In this document: one piece after another, positions 1 to 7,001 of the stretch
Layout: the number at the start of each line of letters is the position of its first letter
Numbering within the stretch: the first letter of the stretch is position 1
Assembly: GCA_030141605.1 (NCBI GenBank)
Contig: JAQGDQ010000405.1
Span: 146,528 to 210,527 of the forward strand
Source of the DNA: Tubiluchus corallicola
Lineage: Eukaryota; Animalia; Priapulida
DNA length: 64,000 nucleotides
Reading direction: 5' to 3'
The notes under the pieces: model-generated
What the model was told of the DNA's origin: nothing
Database searches by the model: none
Seen by the model: the letters and a program-made list of their open reading frames with translations, nothing else
Position numbers and translations under genes: made by a program

Positions 1-164
1 TGCAGGTACGCACTTTAATATATACCAGTACTCTTTTTCTACAACACATTAACTGGTTTTATTTTGTTTTCAGTACCGCACTGAGTTGAAAAAAGTTGTA
101 CTTTACCCTCTAAAAATGTCCGTCTGAAAAAACTTTTTTCCAGAATTTTTGCCTAAAAATTGAA

Positions 165-211
165 GGGGTCTCTTATACACAAGGGTCTCTTATACACGGG
201 AAAATACGGTA
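165..211. mobile_element. Possible right terminus of a Tc1/mariner-pogo-type MITE
   Basis: Duplicated gggtctcttatacac followed by gggaaaatacgg-TA; partner end not in the window. Confidence 0.4.
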
Positions 212-312
212 ATTAGACTAATTTACATGCAATACTTGCTTTCTCTGTCTGCAGTCAACAGTTTTCGGATCACACGACCGTCGGCTTGTGATATTATCGC
301 AGGAACACTGAT

Positions 313-719
313 TGTGAGAGACTACTACTTCATGATGCCCAAAGTCAAAAAAATTCATGTTTGAGTAGCTTTATTACGTTTTATCTGTAAAACAAATCAT
401 AACAAAATATGACTAACTAATTTGAGCAAAAAAGGAAACAAAGAAATTAATAATAAAGTGAGACTGAATAATCAAAATAAACTTACATCATGGCTCTACT
501 ACTCTTGACAAATAAATGGTTTAACTGAGACAAAACAACAACAACAACTCTCTTAGCCTAGAACAGACTGCCAACTAGCCAGGTAAACTAGCTCTGTCAG
601 GAGAGCATGACAGAAAGAAGCTAAGTCAGGACATACGTACATGAATGCAGTTAAAAAGGACAGTATAAGGGGGTTTACAGAATGAAAGAACACTGAAGTA
701 CAACCTAAAATCCTTCACA
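313..719 (-). repeat. 3' LTR of the BEL/Pao element
   Basis: 407 bp, reading TGTGAAGG...CTCTCACA on - strand; direct repeat of 6200-6607. Confidence 0.95.
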
Positions 720-730
720 CCGCCCCCTTA
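720..730 (-). other. Polypurine tract (PPT)
   Basis: TAAGGGGGCGG on - strand immediately precedes the TG of the 3' LTR. Confidence 0.85.
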
Positions 731-781
731 AATGCGACTTTAATTACAAGAGCATTTACCAAATTGAGTTTACAACAGAAA

Positions 782-2458
782 TTACATGTGTCCTTCAATT
801 AAACATAATTGATTAACATGTCGTCTTAGAATGCCAGAAGCTGTCTTCAATGTTGCAAACCGCACCAAACCATCTTCATCAGGACTGGCTACTACTACTC
901 TGCCTAGAGCCCAGCTGCTTCGTGGAGTCTGGATGTCTTTAATTAGGACGATGTCACCTTCTTGGATGTTTTTCTTGGCTCTGTTCCATTTAGACCTTTG
1001 CTGGAGCATAACTATATATTCCTTCTTCCACCTTTGCCAAAATATGTTGGCCATATGTTGAATGTGGCGCCATCTTCTTGAGTACACATCACAGTCGGTG
1101 AATTTTCCAGGTGGTAGAGTAGGACCATTGCGCAGTAACAGCAAGTGATTAGGAGTCAGAGGTTCGCGTCATCTGAAACTACAGAAATCGGACGACTATT
1201 AGGATATTCTCAACCTGACAAAAATATGTGTGTAATGCTTCATCATCTATGGTGTGCTTGTCCATGATAAAGGTAAGTGTTCGTTTTACACTCTTTATCA
1301 GCCGCTCCCAAACTCCTCCAGTGTGTGGAGACTGAGGAGCATTAAATCGCCATTCGATTACCTTTTTTGTAATGCCTTGGAAATGTCCTCATTGTTCCAC
1401 TGCTCGATCGATCTCTTCAGTTCACGATCTGCTCCAGTTAAATTAGTGCCACAATCAGATCGCAGCATCTTGGGTTCGCCTCTTCGACAAACAAATCTTT
1501 GGATAGCATTAATTAAGGAGTCAGTTTCCATTGTATATAGCCAACACTGCCATCTTTCTTGGATACAACTGTCCAATTCATCATCCCAAGACTTCCTGTG
1601 AAGTACAGTGGCTTCCTGAAAGAGAAGTTTTCCTCGAACAACATAGGGAGATAAGAAGCCCAGGGGATCATACACCGAGCATAAAATGCTCAACATTCCT
1701 CTTCTAGTGTAGGGTTTCTGCTTGAGCTTGATTTTGACATAAAAAACGTCTCTGTGCATGTCCCACTCGACTCCTAAGACTCTCTCTCTAGGTAAATTGT
1801 CGTAATGCAAATCCAAGGTTTTGACCGATTTTCCACGTTTCTCTGCTGGTATGCTTTCCAAGACTTCTTTCTTGTTGCTCAGCCATTTGGTAAGGTTGAA
1901 ACCACCTTCAGCTAATAGTGAAGTCATTTGATGAACTAAGTTACAAGCAGCTTCCACAGTATCAAGTATCAACCGACTTTAAAAAATCATCGATGTAAAA
2001 GTTCTGTTCAACAGCCTGGGTTATTTCCTTGTCGTACTTGTCTTCATTGTCAGTGACTGTGCGTCCAAGGGCAAAAGAAGAGATACTGGGAGACCATACG
2101 CCTCCAAAGAGATGAACTGTCATCCGATAAACTTTTACAGTGTCTTCCAGATTTCCGTCTCTCCAATATAAGAATCTCAGTGGCCTGACACGGACCTGGT
2201 AAAACATGGCTTTAATATCTGCCATGACAGCGACGCCCTCCAGACGAAAGCGTATAACAACTCCTATGAGCTTGCTAGTCAAGTCAGGACCTTGCAAGAC
2301 AACGTCGTTAAGTGAGACTCCATTAAACTTGGCCCTGCAGTCGAAACCAATGCGAGTTTTATCAGGCTTGTTGACATTAAAAACTGGGAAATGAGGGATA
2401 TACCATATCTTCCCCATGACGCCTGAATCTTCATCAACTTCTTCAGCATATCCACAAG
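782..2458 (-). pseudogene. Disrupted BEL/Pao pol: RT, partial RNase H region, partial integrase, DUF5641-like tail
   Basis: RT motifs WYIPHFPV, SLNDVVLQGPDL, ADIKAMFYQV and NFYIDD; then GGFNLTKW and YDPLGFLSP; integrase RFVCRRG...SDCGTN...GGVWER; tail FWQRWKKEY...GDIVLIKD. Frameshifts near 2470, ~1965 (7-bp TTGATAC duplication) and ~1360, plus a large in-frame deletion near 1535. Confidence 0.9.
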
Positions 2459-5431
2459 TTAACAGATTGTAGTTTCTGCTGAATACTTTTTGTGCAGTTC
2501 TGGATGTTTAGAAAGTCTGATCTTCAAACTTGATAGTCTGGATTCAGCCATTGGTCGATTATCCTCCAAATTTGGATCGTGCTCCTTAAAGGGAATGGCT
2601 AATTGATAATGGTTATCAGCAGTTTTTACTATACTATTTTCCCAGATTTTTAGTGCACGCTTGTCTTGTTTTGAATGAGTTACAGTTTCATCATCGTCAT
2701 TGATGCATCTCTCCAATCTCCAAAATTTTTCAACCTGTGTTGACAGTATGTGATCATTGTCTATGTCAACGTGAGCGTAATTGGCTATGTAACATAATGA
2801 TTGGCGGCCGCCCCCTATGGGCCCATTTAAAGTCCATCCGAGTGCAGTTCTGATGGCATAAGGATCCATTGGCGAAGAACCAAGTCTCACCTCAAGAGGT
2901 GCCAAGGCAACCGGTACATCCTGTCCAATGAGAAGCATGACACAGTTAAAGTCTACATCAGGAAATGAGAGGTCACTGAGATGATCTAAAGTGGACAAAT
3001 CAGTCTTTTTAACAATACTCTCTGTGAGGCTTGGAAAGGCATCTATTGCATAAACTGTATTCAGTTTAATAGCTTCTTTGGCCTCTCCACAGTTGTTGCC
3101 TCTTACTGTAAGAGAAATTTTCTCAACTGATGTAGTCTGCTTCCGACCTAATGTGGAAAGCGTCAACGATGTTTTATGTCCTTTTAGACCTAGTAGCTTC
3201 AAAAGTCTTTTACAGCAAAATGAACGATTGCTTCCCCCATCCAGAAAAGCATAAGTAGATATGGACTTTGTGCTGCCTTCAGACGTAACAGTTACGGCGA
3301 CAACTGGCAAAACAATTTTTTCCTTTATAGAAAGTGCAGATGATGCACATACTGTGGCATCAGCTTCCATTGCCTCACTGGTTTGTGTGCCCTTTTGCTT
3401 GTTTGCATCTGATGGCGTCCAACTTTCCAACGCTGCATGGAGTAAGTCAGAATGCCTTCTTTTGCAATTGGCTTGATTGCATCCTTGTCTTCGACACTGC
3501 ACTGCTCTATGTCTGCCTGGATTTAGACAATTGAAACAAAGATGTTTTTCCTTGACGTATTTGAGACGAGCATCATCTGTCATTTTCTTGAATTTTCCAC
3601 ATGCTCTAAGATGGTGATTTTCCTTACACATCAGACATGTCTTTGAAGCTGGCTGGTCAGGTCTCTTCTCTTTACTTGGAGTTACAACTGAAGAACTCGA
3701 ATAGCTGACAAAACTGTTTACGGGATCCTTCCTGTTTTTGTAATGTTTGGCATTATCGCTGCCTCGCTTACTGACCTTTCGAGTGTCAGACAAGCAGCCA
3801 TACACAGGATGAGACATCTCTTCAGAAACTTCTTGAACAAAGTTCTTTACATCAAACATGTCAGGGTTCCTATGTTCTAATCTTGCAGTTTGAGTAACCT
3901 TAGTCTGCCATCTGCTTTGATATTTGTATGGTAGCTTTTTGATCGCGTGCAAGATGTTTGCTTGAGTGTTAAGCTCCCCGAGACTATTCATTGACCATAG
4001 TGTCTCTATACAACTATTTAGCAGATCAGAAAAGTCACGTAATTTCTCTGGTTCACTTGGCATAATGCTTCCAAACTCTTTTAGTTTGTTTACCCAGGCT
4101 TGTGTTATGATGTAGGGCTGGCCAAAGCGTTCTGCCAACAATCGCTTAGCATGGGCATATGCAGTGTGTGGTTCCATATAGTTGCACCTTTCAATGACTT
4201 GCTTAGCCCTGCCTGTGCACAATTGTAGTAGACGACTAAACCTTGCAGACTCATCTGTAGTATAACACTCTATGCTAGCTTCTAGTCTTCTCATAAAACG
4301 CCAGTAATGTAATGGATTGCCATCAAAAACTTCAACTTCTACTTTAGGCAAATGTAGTGTCTGGTAGATACTATTCTGCTGTCTTTGACCTTCCATCATA
4401 AAGTTGATCATAGCATTGAGGTCAGGATTGTGTGATGTGGACGGCTCATCCATAATATTAGCTGCAAATCTGGGAGTAGAACCCTCCATATGAATATTGT
4501 TGCCGTTCGTTGGAGATGCACGATGTGGAATAAAATGTGGAGCCATTGCACTCAAGTTTCTCATCTGTCTACTGGGAGGCATATTTTCAGAGCGATTTTC
4601 ATGTTTGAATTTTCGAAAATCATGCATGAGTGGTTGTACACGTGTCTGATATATATGTCTCCAAACATCTACATAACGAGAAAAATGAGATGCTTCATGG
4701 CGACGCAGCACGTCCATATTCATCCAAGGCTTCTGCTGACCAATAAAGTGTACTACCTTGACATCTCTTTCAAACTGGCGCATTGCAGGAATGTAACCAT
4801 ATCTTGCATCATCATCAACATTGACCATATTGTAAGTATATGGAAGATGTTTGTCGAAATCGCCTGCCCATTTACGGAAAAACATATTCAGCAGTCCCTG
4901 ATCACCTCCATCAAAGCTACCATTTTGACAAGCAAATGCTACTAACTGTTCATATGTTGTCACATCCGGCTTAAACACAAAAACACCAGAATTGAATAAG
5001 TCCGGCCAGCCAACATCAGGAGCTGCGGATAATTCCTGCCTCTGAAATAAATCATCTATGTTTGCCATAACCAAAGTGTCAGCATCAAGGAAAACACATT
5101 TACTAAACTGTGTAAGTTTCCAGCAATGCAGTTTCGTGAAACTCACACCCAGCTCAGGTCGTCCCAATGCACTTAGATTTCCATGATCCAAACTGTCAAT
5201 GATGTCAAAGGTCTCCACCTGATCAAAAGTCTTTTGAAGAAGAGCCTTCATCTGGACAGTCACATCAGCAGATATCATGATTACCAACTGTCGTTGTGTG
5301 CCAGTCTGCTTCAATGAATTGGCAAGTACCAAAGCAGCTGTTGCATACTGATCGTTGGTTGCTAGCGTAACATAAGCCTCGTCTACTGATATTCTATCAC
5401 ACAATGAAGACTTCTTAAACCATTCTGTCAC
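2459..5431 (-). CDS. Glycogenin(GT8)-Gag-aspartic protease fusion polyprotein (990 aa open frame)
   Basis: aa ~17-269 are glycogenin. They are followed by LPKVEVEVFDGNPLHYWRF...LAERFG (BEL Gag/DUF1759-like), knuckles CLMCKENHHLRAC, CFNCLNPGRHRAVQC and CNQANCKRRHSDLLH, then protease AFLDGGSNRSF...LLIGQD...TALGW. Confidence 0.93.
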   Translation of the reverse strand: MTEWFKKSSLCDRISVDEAYVTLATNDQYATAALVLANSLKQTGTQRQLVIMISADVTVQMKALLQKTFDQVETFDIIDSLDHGNLSALGRPELGVSFTKLHCWKLTQFSKCVFLDADTLVMANIDDLFQRQELSAAPDVGWPDLFNSGVFVFKPDVTTYEQLVAFACQNGSFDGGDQGLLNMFFRKWAGDFDKHLPYTYNMVNVDDDARYGYIPAMRQFERDVKVVHFIGQQKPWMNMDVLRRHEASHFSRYVDVWRHIYQTRVQPLMHDFRKFKHENRSENMPPSRQMRNLSAMAPHFIPHRASPTNGNNIHMEGSTPRFAANIMDEPSTSHNPDLNAMINFMMEGQRQQNSIYQTLHLPKVEVEVFDGNPLHYWRFMRRLEASIECYTTDESARFSRLLQLCTGRAKQVIERCNYMEPHTAYAHAKRLLAERFGQPYIITQAWVNKLKEFGSIMPSEPEKLRDFSDLLNSCIETLWSMNSLGELNTQANILHAIKKLPYKYQSRWQTKVTQTARLEHRNPDMFDVKNFVQEVSEEMSHPVYGCLSDTRKVSKRGSDNAKHYKNRKDPVNSFVSYSSSSVVTPSKEKRPDQPASKTCLMCKENHHLRACGKFKKMTDDARLKYVKEKHLCFNCLNPGRHRAVQCRRQGCNQANCKRRHSDLLHAALESWTPSDANKQKGTQTSEAMEADATVCASSALSIKEKIVLPVVAVTVTSEGSTKSISTYAFLDGGSNRSFCCKRLLKLLGLKGHKTSLTLSTLGRKQTTSVEKISLTVRGNNCGEAKEAIKLNTVYAIDAFPSLTESIVKKTDLSTLDHLSDLSFPDVDFNCVMLLIGQDVPVALAPLEVRLGSSPMDPYAIRTALGWTLNGPIGGGRQSLCYIANYAHVDIDNDHILSTQVEKFWRLERCINDDDETVTHSKQDKRALKIWENSIVKTADNHYQLAIPFKEHDPNLEDNRPMAESRLSSLKIRLSKHPELHKKYSAETTIC
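4625..5383 (-). other. GYG: Glycogenin catalytic domain (glycosyltransferase family 8) inside the retrotransposon ORF
   Basis: EAYVTLATND, RPELGVSFTKLHCW, KCVFLDADTLV (DXD at 5078-5086), ELSAAPDVGWPDLFNSGVFV, SFDGGDQGLLN, HLPYTYN, RYGYIPA (acceptor Tyr at 4799-4801) and VVHFIGQQKPW are colinear with animal glycogenin-1. No introns. Confidence 0.96.
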
Positions 5432-5949
5432 TTTAGTTTACTTGCAACTTCGTCAACCTTAACTTTAAAACTTTTCTGGCTTGCAGTCAGTTTATGAATA
5501 TCACTTCCCAAATTACTCTCATTTTCAAGCCGCTTTTGCTTCACTTTTAGTGCTTGCAGTTTTAATTCACATTCCTGAATCTTTAATTCATTGTCCTTGA
5601 GCTTGCGAGAATTCTCAGAAAGCTTCCCACCAGTTTTAAAACTCGAGCAACCACTTTTGGAAATTCTTGACCGAGTGCTTGTGGTGTGTTGCTCCCCCAT
5701 GTTACCTGTAGCATGTAGCTGCTGCATGTGGCTGACTGTAGCTTCGGCCTTGAAACTACCTGTGGGGGGTGGGCTGTCTACTGCTGGCACATGATGAGCA
5801 ATAATTCTCTCCACTAGTTCAGCTTCAATTCCACCAACTGCTAAGCCTTTCTGACGAAGTATTTCTTTTAATTGTTCTCTGGTTTTTGTTTTCAGTTCTT
5901 CTTCTGTGTATTGCTTTTCAGCCAGTTCATAAAATTTAGGCTCTGCCAT
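5428..5949 (-). CDS. Gag N-terminal segment with SAP-like domain and coiled coil; apparently frameshifted from the downstream ORF
   Basis: TREQLKEILRQKGLAVGGIEAELVERI fits the SAP helix-turn-helix pattern. It is followed by a Ser/Arg-rich segment and a K/E/Q/L coiled coil, as in BEL Gag N-termini. Its stop overlaps the next ORF (GTGA). Confidence 0.7.
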   Translation of the reverse strand: MAEPKFYELAEKQYTEEELKTKTREQLKEILRQKGLAVGGIEAELVERIIAHHVPAVDSPPPTGSFKAEATVSHMQQLHATGNMGEQHTTSTRSRISKSGCSSFKTGGKLSENSRKLKDNELKIQECELKLQALKVKQKRLENESNLGSDIHKLTASQKSFKVKVDEVASKLK

Positions 5950-6199
5950 TATAAACAAGCTGTGAAAAAATTTATACTAGTCAAATAAACCAGTTACTGC
6001 TGAATCTAGGTCACGGAACTCAAACCAGGTATTGCAAATTTTCAATGTCACTGTCTGATCAACACCAGGCTTGTAGGCTGTACAGCTTGTCCTGTATAAC
6101 AAATGCAGTCATCATTGCTGTCCATGTCTGACTTTGTACTCAGCTAACCTCCTCCTGTCCTGTAGTTTTCCCAACAAGAATGGTAGAAGGATATAAAAC

Positions 6200-6607
6200 T
6201 GTGAGAGACTATTACTTCATGATGCCCAAAGTCAAAAAAATTCATGTTTGAGTAGCTTTATTACGTTTTATCTGTAAAACAAATCATAACAAAATATGAC
6301 TAACTAATTTGAGCAAAAAAGGAAACAAAGAAATTAATAATAAAGTGAGACTGAATAATCAAAATAAACTTACATCATGGCTCTACTACTCTTGACAAAT
6401 AAATGGTTTAACTGAGACAAAACAACAACAACAACTCTCTTAGCCTAGAACAGACTGCCAACTAGCCAGGTAAACTAGCTCTGTCAGTAGAGCATGACAG
6501 AAAGAAGCCAAGTCAAGACACATCTGAATGCAGTTAAAAGGACAGTATATGGGGGGGGTTACAGAATGAGAACACTTTAGTAATAAAATAACCTAAAATC
6601 CTTCACA
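6200..6607 (-). repeat. 5' LTR of the BEL/Pao element
   Basis: 408 bp, TG...CA, followed by the CTGAT TSD at 6608-6612. Confidence 0.95.
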
Positions 6608-6883
6608 CTGATGAATTATTAGAGTAAATTTGAATGGATTATGTCATGAAGTCTTCCAAAATATTGAAAGTTGCCATTTTACTGTGATAATTGGAGCACA
6701 AGTTGGAAACAGTAGAATAAAATGTTACAGTTTGTGTTTGCCCATGAAACAATTCTGGAGAACTTAGAATTACTGCAGTTGATTTAACAAAGTATTGTTA
6801 TCAACAACATCAAAGCATTTGTGGCATTCAGTTGTCTGTGAAAGAGTAAGAGATCAAATCTCTTTTATTGTTCTATTTTGTAG

Positions 6884-7001
6884 TGAAAGTGGAGAAATAG
6901 TTGCTGAAATTTCAGTACCTGATACAATTACAACTTGGCTGGCTACAGCCTTTTCTATGAATGCTAACCTTGGAATTGGAATTACTGATGAAGCAGCCGC
7001 G
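6884..7001 (+). CDS. CD109/TEP exon (ESGEIVAEISVPDTITTWLATAF...)
   Basis: Pyrimidine tract and tag acceptor, gtaagg donor; PDTITTW is the conserved A2M motif after the bait region. Confidence 0.9.

Larger units (their letters stand above)
313..6607 (-). mobile_element. BEL/Pao LTR retrotransposon with both LTRs and TSD intact, carrying a captured glycogenin domain; pol defective
   Basis: Direct LTRs at 313-719 and 6200-6607, both TG...CA. 5-bp TSD CTGAT at 308-312 and 6608-6612. Polypurine tract next to the 3' LTR. Internal order on - strand is Gag (FDG..., triple Cys/His knuckles), protease, RT (YIDD), Pao RNase H region (YDPLG) and integrase/DUF5641 tail. Confidence 0.96.

Noticed and set aside
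255-312. Possible TEP exon interrupted by the BEL insertion (ctgcag acceptor-like site)
   Set aside because: No frame gives the expected R..FPETW motif and all frames close quickly, so the insertion appears to be in non-coding DNA.
4625-5383. Glycogenin as an ordinary host gene or independent processed pseudogene
   Set aside because: It lies between the paired LTRs, in frame with Gag, with no poly-A remnant, own stop codon, own TSD or introns visible.
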